DNA of 63,979 nucleotides, filler included, from Sandaracinaceae bacterium (lineage in GTDB: Bacteria; Myxococcota_A; Polyangia; Polyangiales; JADJQN01), in assembly GCA_947483975.1 (NCBI GenBank). It is 8 parts of 8 records of this genome, joined end to end, with 100 filler letters (N's around TTAATTAATTAA, not from the genome) between each part and the next. Parts side by side here need not be neighbours in the genome. Positions count along the whole stretch, not along the records: positions 16,213 to 24,184 come from CANKOL010000252.1; positions 24,285 to 32,245 come from CANKOL010000253.1; 6 more parts are not named here. One strand, given 5' to 3'. Below are positions 18,601 through 29,301 of the stretch, piece by piece (position 1 is the first letter of the stretch; each line of letters opens with the position of its first letter). The notes beneath the pieces are model-generated. The model saw only the letters and a list, made by a program, of their open reading frames with translations. It ran no database searches and was not told where the DNA came from. The translations under genes were made by a program, and so were the position numbers.

Positions 18601-19188
18601 GTGGCCCGCGTGAGTAGCCTGGCGCGACGCGCTCTGGCGCTCGTGTGCGCAGCGTGCCTGCTGCTCGCCGCGGTGGGCGCGGGGGCCGACGAGGTCACCG
18701 TGCCGGTGAACCTGCAGGTCGAGCTGCTCGGGCGGATCGTCCGGTACGAGCGCACCTTCGCCGCCGAGGCGACGCCCATCACGCTCCTCGTCGTCAGCCG
18801 CACGAACGCGCCCGAGTGCGTGCGCGTCAGCTCGCAGCTGACCGCGGAGCTGCGCCGCGCCGGGCGCATCGGCGGGCGCGTCATCACGGTGTCCGCCGCC
18901 GCGTACACGACCCCGGCGGCGCTGCGGGCGCAGGTCGGCAGCTCGCACGCGCGGCTCGTCTATCTGGGCGCGGGGCTCGGGCGCGACGTCCCGGCGATCG
19001 CGACAGCCCTCGGGGGGGCCGGCGTCATCACCGTCGCGGCGGTCGGAGCCGACGTCGACCGCGGCGCCGTCGTCGGCTTCGAGCTCGTCTCCTCGCGCCC
19101 GCGGATCGTCGTCAACCTGGCCGCGGCGCGCGCGCAGCGGCTGCAGTTCAACGCGCAATTCCTCCGCCTGGCGAGGATCGTTCAGTGA
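18601..19188 (+). CDS. YfiR/DUF4154-family periplasmic protein
   Basis: Signal peptide; C-terminal GAVVGFELVSSRPRIVVNLAAARAQRLQFNAQFLRLARIV signature. Confidence 0.85.
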   Translation: MARVSSLARRALALVCAACLLLAAVGAGADEVTVPVNLQVELLGRIVRYERTFAAEATPITLLVVSRTNAPECVRVSSQLTAELRRAGRIGGRVITVSAAAYTTPAALRAQVGSSHARLVYLGAGLGRDVPAIATALGGAGVITVAAVGADVDRGAVVGFELVSSRPRIVVNLAAARAQRLQFNAQFLRLARIVQ

Positions 19189-21497
19189 GTCGCGCGAGCG
19201 CGCTGCTGCTGCTGCTGCCCCTGCTGCTCGCCTCGCGCGCGCACGCCCAGGAGGCGCCGGGCGCAGCCCCCTCGACGACAGAGGCCGGCCAGACCGCGGC
19301 CCCCGCCGACGCCACGAACGCCGCCGAGAGCGCGCCCGCAGCGCACGACGAGGCGCCCGCAAACGACGACCTCGGCGGCCTCTCGTCGCTGCTCGGCGAG
19401 TCCGTCGTGACGACCGCGTCGCGCAGCGCGGAGCGCGCGAGCTCGGCGCCGGCGGCGATCTTCACGATCACCGCCGCGGAGCTGCGCACCTACGGCATTC
19501 GCAGCGTGGACGAGGCGCTCGTGTTCCTCGGGGTCGGCGTGCAGACCTCGCGCGTCCGGGACTACCCGTCGGGCGGCGACGTCGGGGCGCAGGGAGTGCT
19601 GCTGCGCGACTCGGGGCGGCACGTGCTCGTCCTGCTCGACGGCAACGTGATGAACTCGCAGGACACCGGCGGGGTGCCGGTCCACGAGGGGCTCGGCGTG
19701 CCGCTCGAGGCGATCGATCACCTCGAGGTCGTGCTCGGCGCGGGCTCGGTGATGTACGGCTCGAACGCGATGCTCGCGGTGATCAACATCTTCACGCGGC
19801 ACGCCGCGGACGATCCCGGCGTGCACGCGACGGCTGAGCTCGGCGTGATGCCGCCGTCGGGCGAGAGCGGGCGCATACGGCTGCCGACCGAGGCTGGGGA
19901 CCGCTTCGGGCTGCGCTATCGGCTCGGGCTCGGCTTCGCGCGGGAGTTTCAGCTCGCCGGCTCGGACGCGGAGCTGACGGTGCGCGCAGAGTGGCTCGAG
20001 GAGCTCAGCAACTCGTACCGCACGGTGCTCCAGACGAGCGAGACGTTCCAGATCGAGCCCGGCGAGAGCACCTGGGGCGGCGTCACGCACCACACGATGC
20101 AGGCGCCGAGCGTCGTCGCGGCGCTGCGCGTCGGGCAGTTCAAGCTGCAGCTCCAGGCGAGCCACTACGAGCGCGGGATGCCGCTCGTCGCCATCTTCGA
20201 CGACCCGACCGCGGGCGAGCAGCGCAGCTACTTGCGGGCGGATCTGCGGCACTCGGCGCTGCTCGATCCGCACGCCTCGCTGCTGACGCGCCTCTACGCC
20301 GGGCTCAGCGACTGGTCCGAGGCCACCACCTGGTCCTCGCCGTTCTGGTGCCTGCCGGGGCAGATCGACGGCTGCTCGTTCGTGTCGCGCAGCCGCGGGC
20401 GCTCTGCCGGGCTCGAGCAGCAGCTGACGGTGGACTGGAGCCTCGACGGCGCGCTCGTCACGACCATCGGCTACGACATCCGCGGGCGCGACGCGACCTC
20501 GCGCCCCGCCGACTACTTCGACCGCGTCACGGGCGCCCTGCCCGCGGCGACGCGCCTGCCCTTCACGCACACCGTCAGCGCGCTCGGCGCCGTCTACGCG
20601 CAGCAGGTCTGGCAGCCCCTCGAGTGGCTGGCGCTCAACGCGGGCGCGCGCCTCGACGTCGACAGCCTCTTCGGCGCGCGCGTGTCACCGCGGCTCGCCG
20701 CGACGCTCCTCCCGGCCGAAGGCAGCTCGATCCGCGCGAGCTACGCGGAGGCGTTCCGCGCGCCGACGGCGTACGAGCTGAACGAGGTGGACCCGACCTA
20801 TCGCGTCAAGGCGCTCGGGCTCGAGCCCGAGGTCGCGCGGACGGTGGAGCTCGAGTGGCAGCAGCGCGTCGAGTGGGTCTCGTTCTCGCTGCGCGGCTTC
20901 GCGTCGTTTTATGAGGGCTTCATCGACACTCAGCTCGCGACGCCGGAGGAGGTCGAAGCCGGGCTCGCGAACGGCGACCTCGCCTCGAGCGCCGACGCTG
21001 ACTACATCCTCCGCTGGGTCAACCTCAGCGCGCTGCGCTCGTACGGCGGCTCCCTCTCGTTCACGCTGCGGCCCGCGGAGGGCCTCGTGATCGGGGGCAG
21101 CTTCAACGTCGCCGACACGCGCATGGACGGCGCGCGGCTGCCCCTGGTGCCGCTCTGGCTCGGCAACGCGCGCGTCGCGTACACGTTCGTGCCCGACGGC
21201 GCGACGCTCGCGCTCGTGTCGTCGTTCTCGGGGCATCGCCTCGCGTACGCGGACTTCTCGACGCTGACTCCGCACGAGGCGAGCGAGCAGCTCGAGCTGC
21301 GGCTGACCTTCACGTCGCCGTTCCCGGGCGTGAAGGGGCTCTGCCTGCGCGCCGCCATCTCCTATTCCGTCAACCCGTTCCTCCCGAACCTGCTCGGGGC
21401 GCCGAACCCGGACGTCGAGACCGAGATCCTCGCGTACGTGCCGACGCCGAGCCCCCTCGTTGGTTTCCTGGGACTCCAATATGACCTCGATCCCTGA
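19185..21497 (+). CDS. TonB-dependent receptor, paralog 2
   Basis: GTGA overlap with yfiR; signal peptide; colinear and highly similar to 16214-18421. Confidence 0.9.
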   Translation: MSRASALLLLLPLLLASRAHAQEAPGAAPSTTEAGQTAAPADATNAAESAPAAHDEAPANDDLGGLSSLLGESVVTTASRSAERASSAPAAIFTITAAELRTYGIRSVDEALVFLGVGVQTSRVRDYPSGGDVGAQGVLLRDSGRHVLVLLDGNVMNSQDTGGVPVHEGLGVPLEAIDHLEVVLGAGSVMYGSNAMLAVINIFTRHAADDPGVHATAELGVMPPSGESGRIRLPTEAGDRFGLRYRLGLGFAREFQLAGSDAELTVRAEWLEELSNSYRTVLQTSETFQIEPGESTWGGVTHHTMQAPSVVAALRVGQFKLQLQASHYERGMPLVAIFDDPTAGEQRSYLRADLRHSALLDPHASLLTRLYAGLSDWSEATTWSSPFWCLPGQIDGCSFVSRSRGRSAGLEQQLTVDWSLDGALVTTIGYDIRGRDATSRPADYFDRVTGALPAATRLPFTHTVSALGAVYAQQVWQPLEWLALNAGARLDVDSLFGARVSPRLAATLLPAEGSSIRASYAEAFRAPTAYELNEVDPTYRVKALGLEPEVARTVELEWQQRVEWVSFSLRGFASFYEGFIDTQLATPEEVEAGLANGDLASSADADYILRWVNLSALRSYGGSLSFTLRPAEGLVIGGSFNVADTRMDGARLPLVPLWLGNARVAYTFVPDGATLALVSSFSGHRLAYADFSTLTPHEASEQLELRLTFTSPFPGVKGLCLRAAISYSVNPFLPNLLGAPNPDVETEILAYVPTPSPLVGFLGLQYDLDP

Positions 21498-21675
21498 GCG
21501 CATCTCTCGTCTCCTGCTGCTCGCCTCGCTCGTCTGCGTCGCGGGCTGCGGGCTCGAGCGCCCACCCGATCCGCCGCCCTTCGACTGCGCGACCATCGAC
21601 CGCGCGGCCGAGCGCTTCCCCGACGAATGTGGCCCGGTCGTCCCCGACGACGCTGGGGAAGGAGACGCGCAGTAA
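21481..21675 (+). CDS. Small lipoprotein
   Basis: LLLLASLVCVAGC lipobox, two further Cys, TAATG overlap with the next gene. Confidence 0.7.
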   Translation: MTSIPERISRLLLLASLVCVAGCGLERPPDPPPFDCATIDRAAERFPDECGPVVPDDAGEGDAQ

Positions 21676-22048
21676 TGGCCCTCGGTCAGAACATCCTCGT
21701 CATCGACGATGACGACACCGCGCGCGAGGTGACCAGCGCGGTCCTCGCGGCGGCAGGGTTCACGACGCACTCGATCTCGTCCCCCATCGGCGCGACGCGC
21801 GCCGTCCGTGAGCTCGGCATCGACGCGGTCGTCTGCGACCTGAACATGCCGGCGATGCGCGGCGATGCGCTCGCGAAGCTCTTCCGACAGAGCAAGTCGC
21901 TCCACTCGATCCCGCTGATCTTGATCTCGGGCGCGCCCCGCGAGGAATTGGAGGCGCTGATCGCGGACGGCACCGTGGACGCCATCGTGCACAAGTCCGA
22001 CCTCAACAGCGTCCTCGTCCAACAGCTACGCAGGCTCCTGTCCCGCCG

Positions 22049-22052
<4 letters not shown>
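21675..22052 (+). CDS. Single-domain response regulator
   Basis: ILVIDDDD, CDLNMP, ISG, HK. Confidence 0.9.
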
Positions 22053-24184
<2,132 letters not shown>

Positions 24185-24284
24185 NNNNNNNNNNNNNNNN
24201 NNNNNNNNNNNNNNNNNNNNNNNNNNNNTTAATTAATTAANNNNNNNNNNNNNNNNNNNNNNNNNNNNNNNNNNNNNNNNNNNN

Positions 24285-24700
24285 CACCGCCCCCCACGCA
24301 GCGCCCGCCCGCCTATCCGGGTGGCGGCATGAGCGGCAGCGCGCCGCCCCCGCTGCCGAGCGCACCGCGCGTCCCGTCCTCGACCGGCGGGGCCCCGGCG
24401 CCCCTCCCGGGAGGCGCGATGCCGACGCTGTTCGTCATCTTCAACGGGCAGAAGGTCCCCGTCGCGAAGGACGAGTTCGTCATCGGTCGCGGCAGCAAGT
24501 CGGCCGATCTCGCGATCAAGGACGGCAACATCTCGCGGCGGCACGCGGCGGTGGTGTTCCAGTCCGGCGCCTTCTACATGAAGGATCTCGGCTCGACGAA
24601 CGGCGTGGAGCACCAAGGTCGCCGCATCGACAGCAAGAAGATCGAAGAAGGCGACATCTACCAGATCTGCGACTACGAGCTGCGCTTCACCTACCGCTAG
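24285..24700 (+). CDS. Pro-rich protein with C-terminal FHA domain (5' truncated)
   Basis: IGRG, ISRRHA, DLGSTNG. Confidence 0.9.
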
Positions 24701-24880
24701 CCACCACCGCGGCCCTCCCCTCTGCGGCGGAGGGCCGCTGCTGACGTGAACGGGACGCGGGACATGGCGCGGGGCCCCGCGGGACCGCGCCAGCTCATCC
24801 AGCCAGCATGGGGCTCAGGCGTTGGCCAGCGGTCAGCGGGCGATCTGCGCCGACGTGATAGGCTCGTGCGGGGGCAAAGC

Positions 24881-25477
24881 ATGGGTGACGGCCTCGACAG
24901 CTACTTGCGAAAGCTCCCGGGCGGCCTCGGCTCGCACGCGCGCGCCATGATGAAGGCGTCGCTGATCCGGGACGCGATCACCTCGAGGCCGCTCCCCGCC
25001 GAGGTGATACGCGCCCTGCCACAGGCGCTCGCGGACACGCTGATGGACCCGCCTCTGCCGACGGCTTGGCTCCCCGTGACGCACGTGGTCGGCACGCTGC
25101 TCGTGATCGCGGACGAGTACGATCTCGACGAGCGCAGCTTCCTCGCGTGGCGTCGCGAGCAGTACCGCGCGCTGCTCGCCGGGCCGCTCTACCGCGTGCT
25201 CTTCGCGGTGCTCTCGCCGGAGCGCCTCGTCAGCGGCGCAGCCCACAAGTGGAAGAGCCTGACGCGGGACTCCCTCGTCCTCGAGCGCGTCGAGACGCAG
25301 CGGAGCGCCGCGGAGATCGCGATCTCGTGGCCCGAGCACATCCTGCCGCCGCTCGTCGCGCGCAGCCTGATGGAGGGCGTACGCGCCGCGCTCGAGCTCT
25401 CCGGCGCTCAGCACCCGACGATCGAGCTGCACGACCTGACCCCGACGGGCGCGCGCTATTCGCTGCGCTGGGGCTGA
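24881..25477 (+). CDS. Myxobacterial DUF2378/TIGR02265-like protein
   Basis: ~200 aa; WLPV, LYRVLFAVLSPERL, GxxxALELSGA, terminal Y-x-L-x-W pattern. Confidence 0.6.
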   Translation: MGDGLDSYLRKLPGGLGSHARAMMKASLIRDAITSRPLPAEVIRALPQALADTLMDPPLPTAWLPVTHVVGTLLVIADEYDLDERSFLAWRREQYRALLAGPLYRVLFAVLSPERLVSGAAHKWKSLTRDSLVLERVETQRSAAEIAISWPEHILPPLVARSLMEGVRAALELSGAQHPTIELHDLTPTGARYSLRWG

Positions 25478-25597
25478 GCTGGGCGGGCGCCGAGCGCGCG
25501 TCGCGCCGAGCGCGGTGCTGCGCGGCCGAGGGAGCGAATCACGATTTGCTGCCTGCCGCGGTCGTCGCTGAGGTACCCATGAGAGGTGACCCATTCC

Positions 25598-25951
25598 ATG
25601 CCGCTCACGAAGCTCGTCTCGTCCACCCTCACGCTCGCCGTGCTCGGCGCCCTCGCGCTCGGCCTCGCTGCGTGCTCGCCGTCCACCGGGCTCGGCGCGG
25701 GAGACATCACCTGTGACGCCGCGTCCCCCGTGACGTACGACAACTTCGGCGCCGCGTTCATGAACACCAATTGCAGCGGCTGCCACGGCCCGGGCTCGCG
25801 GACCGACACGACCTCGCTCGCCAGCATCCGGGCCAACGCGGCCGGGATCATCGACCAGACGGTCTACAACGACAGCATGCCGCAGGACTCGAGCCTGACG
25901 GACGCGGAGCGCATCGAGCTCGGCAAGTGGCTCAACTGCGGCGCGCCCTGA
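25598..25951 (+). CDS. Small c-type cytochrome lipoprotein
   Basis: LAAC lipobox, CSGCH heme motif, MP...LTDAERIELGKWL. Confidence 0.85.
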   Translation: MPLTKLVSSTLTLAVLGALALGLAACSPSTGLGAGDITCDAASPVTYDNFGAAFMNTNCSGCHGPGSRTDTTSLASIRANAAGIIDQTVYNDSMPQDSSLTDAERIELGKWLNCGAP

Positions 25952-26090
25952 ACCAGGCAGCGCCTCGAAGCCGCGGCCACAGGGCCCGCGCAGGAGAGTG
26001 ACCCGAGGTCACTGCTCCTCCGCGGGCGTGGCGTCCCTCTGCGAGTTCGCGCGCGGCCGCTTCGTCGTTTCGGCGAGGCGCCGCTGAAGC

Positions 26091-26420
26091 TCAGTTCGCC
26101 GTCAGGTACTGCGCGGGATTCTCCTGGAAGCGCGCGATGCAGCCCGGGCAGCAGAAGTAGTAGGTGTGCCCCTCGTGCTCGACCTTGGCCGACTCGGCGG
26201 TGACGACGAACTCCTCGTTGCTGACGGCGCAGGTCGTGTGGTCGCCGACGACGGCGTCCTTCCACGGAACGAGCGCTGCGGTCGACGCCGCGGCGGCTTG
26301 GTCGCCCTGCTGCGCGGGGTCGGCGGGCGTGGTGCCCTCCGCGGTGGACGCACCGCCGCAGCCGGCGACGAACGCGAGAGACGTGCTGACGATGAGTACG
26401 GACGCAAAGAGACGGCGCAT
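26091..26420 (-). CDS. YHS/TRASH-domain lipoprotein
   Basis: GGAGGA SD, FVAGC lipobox, CAVS...TYYFCCPGCIARFQENPAQY. Confidence 0.88.
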   Translation of the reverse strand: MRRLFASVLIVSTSLAFVAGCGGASTAEGTTPADPAQQGDQAAAASTAALVPWKDAVVGDHTTCAVSNEEFVVTAESAKVEHEGHTYYFCCPGCIARFQENPAQYLTAN

Positions 26421-26466
26421 CGAATCCTCCTGAGCGCGGCGCACGGCCGGCGCCGGAGGCATAGCA

Positions 26467-27105
26467 CTATTGGTCCCAGCGAATGTCGCCGCCGAGCGTG
26501 ACGAGGGGGACGCGACCTCCGCCCGCGTCCTCCGCCTGCGTCTTCATCAAGAGGGAGACGTTCTTGGCCCCGGCGAGCTCGAGGGCGGTCTTCGCGTAGA
26601 CCTCGAACGCGTGCGTGTACCACTCCCCGAGCAACGCCGGAAAGCCCTCGAGCGCGATGCGCACGCGGTTCTCGCCGACCTTCTCGGCGCGGCTCTCGCC
26701 GAAGTCGAAGATCTGCGTGAGGAGCCGCGGCAGCTTGAGCGCGATGGTCTCTGGCGAGGCGAGCTTGAGGAGCCAGCGGTAGACGCCGGAGATGTCGTCC
26801 TGCGCCTGAAAGCGGGCGCGCTGACGCAGGTAGGTGGCGACTGCCTGCTTGCTCACCTCCGCCTCGGCGCGGATCAGCGGCGCGACCGGGAGGACGTCGT
26901 ACCAGCTCGAGGGGAGGAACTTCTGCTGGATGAAGTCGCGCACCTCCGGATCGTCGAGCGTCGCCGCGAGCCGCGCGAGGCCGCCCTCGACCTGCGTGTT
27001 GAAGTACTTCTGCGTGCCGAGGTAGAGCACGCCCTTCACGCGGAAAGGGCCTGTCCCGACGGGGAGCGGCATCGGGGGTTGTACCCACCCGGCGGGGCGA
27101 CTCAT
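26467..27105 (-). CDS. DUF2378/TIGR02265-like protein
   Basis: VKG, SWYDV, GVYRWLLKLASPE, ALELAGAK, terminal IRW. Confidence 0.65.
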   Translation of the reverse strand: MSRPAGWVQPPMPLPVGTGPFRVKGVLYLGTQKYFNTQVEGGLARLAATLDDPEVRDFIQQKFLPSSWYDVLPVAPLIRAEAEVSKQAVATYLRQRARFQAQDDISGVYRWLLKLASPETIALKLPRLLTQIFDFGESRAEKVGENRVRIALEGFPALLGEWYTHAFEVYAKTALELAGAKNVSLLMKTQAEDAGGGRVPLVTLGGDIRWDQ

Positions 27106-27187
27106 CGGTTCCCCGGCGCGACATCGAGGGACTGCACTCCGCCCATGATACGACGCCGCGAGGACGGATGATCGGCGACCGCGCGGT

Positions 27188-28120
27188 TCAATAGGGGCGC
27201 GTGCGGTCGAGGCGACGGCCGAGCTCGGAGGCGTAGGCTGCGCCGAGCGTCGCGCGGTGCTCCTTCGCCCACTCGCTGAGCTTCGTCGGACCGCACGCGG
27301 GCGCGTCGACGTGGAGCAGATCGGCCATCAGCCCGCCGACCTCCTCCCAGGTGATCGTGACGTCGCCGACGAGCTTGCCGATCGCCCAGCCGGCGAGCCA
27401 CGCGACGCGCGGCGGGAAGCCCCAGATCGGCGTCGAGAGCCCGAGCGTTTCGCGCAGGGTCTCGGCGAGCCCTCGATAGGTGAACGACTCGGGACCGATG
27501 CCCTCGACGACCAAGTTTGAAGTGCCCGTCGTCTCGCGCTCGAGCACCGCAGCGAAGTCGTCGACGTGCACAGGCTGCAGGCGATACGAGCCGTCGCCGA
27601 ACAGCCCGAAGACTGGCAGTTTGCGCAGGGACCAAGCGATGTTGTTGACGAGGATATCCTCGGCGCCGAACAACACTGCAGGGCGGACGATCGCGTGGGA
27701 GAGACCCGAGTCGACGAGCGCCTTCTCGAGCACGGCTTTGCCGCGGAAGTACTCGAAGGGCGACTCGAGCGAGGGATTCGTGATCGAGACGTGCACGACG
27801 CGGGGCACTCCCGCCCTCTTCGCCGCGGCGAAGAGCTTCTGGGTGTTCTCGACCGCCGACGCGTGCTGGAACGTCGCGTGATTGAAGCGCACCCAATAGG
27901 TGTTGGTCAGGGAGCGCGCGCCCTCGAGCGAGCGCGCGAGCGCGTCCGGGTCGTCGAAGGCGAGCGGGTGGACCTCGACGCGAGCGCCGAACTCGTGCTT
28001 GCGCGCAGGCGAATTGGTGAGAGTTCGGACCTTGCGGCCGTCGGCGAGCAAGCGCCGTGTGAGGTATTTGCCCGAGAAGCCGAAGGCCCCGGTGACGACG
28101 TCGAAGGCTTCTTCGCTCAT
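27188..28120 (-). CDS. NAD(P)-binding epimerase/atypical SDR
   Basis: VTGAFGFSGK, YFRGK, IVRP, LQPVHVDD. Confidence 0.9.
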   Translation of the reverse strand: MSEEAFDVVTGAFGFSGKYLTRRLLADGRKVRTLTNSPARKHEFGARVEVHPLAFDDPDALARSLEGARSLTNTYWVRFNHATFQHASAVENTQKLFAAAKRAGVPRVVHVSITNPSLESPFEYFRGKAVLEKALVDSGLSHAIVRPAVLFGAEDILVNNIAWSLRKLPVFGLFGDGSYRLQPVHVDDFAAVLERETTGTSNLVVEGIGPESFTYRGLAETLRETLGLSTPIWGFPPRVAWLAGWAIGKLVGDVTITWEEVGGLMADLLHVDAPACGPTKLSEWAKEHRATLGAAYASELGRRLDRTRPY

Positions 28121-28140
28121 GCGCGATTCTCCATGCTCTC

Positions 28141-29199
28141 TCAGAAACTCCCGGAGCCGCCCGACATGCACATCGCGCAGCCGGGCGCCGTCGGATCGGT
28201 GTTGCAGCTGAGAGGGCAGTAGTTGACGCGATTGAAGACGAAGGGCGCGCCCGAGCCATCATCGATCAGATCACACTCGATCGAGAGCCCTTGCACGCTC
28301 ATCTCGCCGTAGCCGCCGGAGGTCGCGAACTGCCCCGCGCAGCTGGAGCTCGCGCCGACCCAAGAGGGCAGCGGCGGGAAGGTCTGCGTCGCGCCGGGCG
28401 TGTCGTACCAGTCCTCGACGCAGGTCTGCGCCACGGTGCAATCGCTCGGGCTCGGCGTCATCGCGTTGCCGGCCTTTAGCGTGTAGCAGAGTCGAAAATG
28501 CCCTTGGCAGTCGACGTTCAGAGTGTCTGTGCTCCACGTCGGGCCCATGGGACTCGGCGGGGGCGCGCCCGACACCGAGGGGCACTGCGGGGCTCCCGAG
28601 GCGTCTTGATAGGTCGAGACTGCGTAGGTCATCCCCGCGCCGTAGTCGATGAAGCAGGGCGACAGATTCGCGATCGCCCACTGACCCGCGGAGAAGCAAT
28701 GGCACGCTGCGGCGCCGCGCGTCGCGCCCGCGGCCGGGAGCGTGTAGCCCGTGCACGCGCCCCAGCGACCGCTGAATTCGTCGAAGGGCTCGCACGTCGT
28801 CGTGCCGTCGTGACAGACGCCGCGGTCGCGGTTCGCGCGCAGCCCGGGCCAGCAGGGCGCGGTCGCTCCGGGCGGATAGCACGGGCAGCCCGCGCGATTC
28901 TTGTCGTCGGGGCAGTCTGGAGTGCCACCCGGCGGGACGGCCGGCGGGCCTGAGCCGCCGTCGGGGAGGCACTCGCGCGGCGGCGGATCGAGGACGAAGA
29001 ACGCGTCGTAGTCGGGGCCGATGTCCTGACGAACGTGCGCGTCCGTGGGCGCGATCGTGCCCTCGTCGAGCGCGTGTCCGCCATCGAGTTCCGCGCCGAG
29101 GTCGCGGCGACCGCGCACGCCCGGAGTGGCCGAGTCGCAGGTGCAGCCCGAGAGAAACACCGCGAGAGCGAGGCTCACGGCGAGGGAAATACGCGTCAT
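28141..29199 (-). CDS. Cys-rich lipoprotein
   Basis: FLSGC lipobox, GVCHDGTTTC...WGACTG motif. Confidence 0.8.
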   Translation of the reverse strand: MTRISLAVSLALAVFLSGCTCDSATPGVRGRRDLGAELDGGHALDEGTIAPTDAHVRQDIGPDYDAFFVLDPPPRECLPDGGSGPPAVPPGGTPDCPDDKNRAGCPCYPPGATAPCWPGLRANRDRGVCHDGTTTCEPFDEFSGRWGACTGYTLPAAGATRGAAACHCFSAGQWAIANLSPCFIDYGAGMTYAVSTYQDASGAPQCPSVSGAPPPSPMGPTWSTDTLNVDCQGHFRLCYTLKAGNAMTPSPSDCTVAQTCVEDWYDTPGATQTFPPLPSWVGASSSCAGQFATSGGYGEMSVQGLSIECDLIDDGSGAPFVFNRVNYCPLSCNTDPTAPGCAMCMSGGSGSF

Positions 29200-29301
29200 T
29201 GGGTGAGGCTAGTCCCACCGGGCCGCGCGTGTCGAGCGAGCCTCGAGCACGCGGGAGTGTGGACTCGCACGGGGGAGCGCTCGCGCGGAGCGCCCGGCGC
29301 G

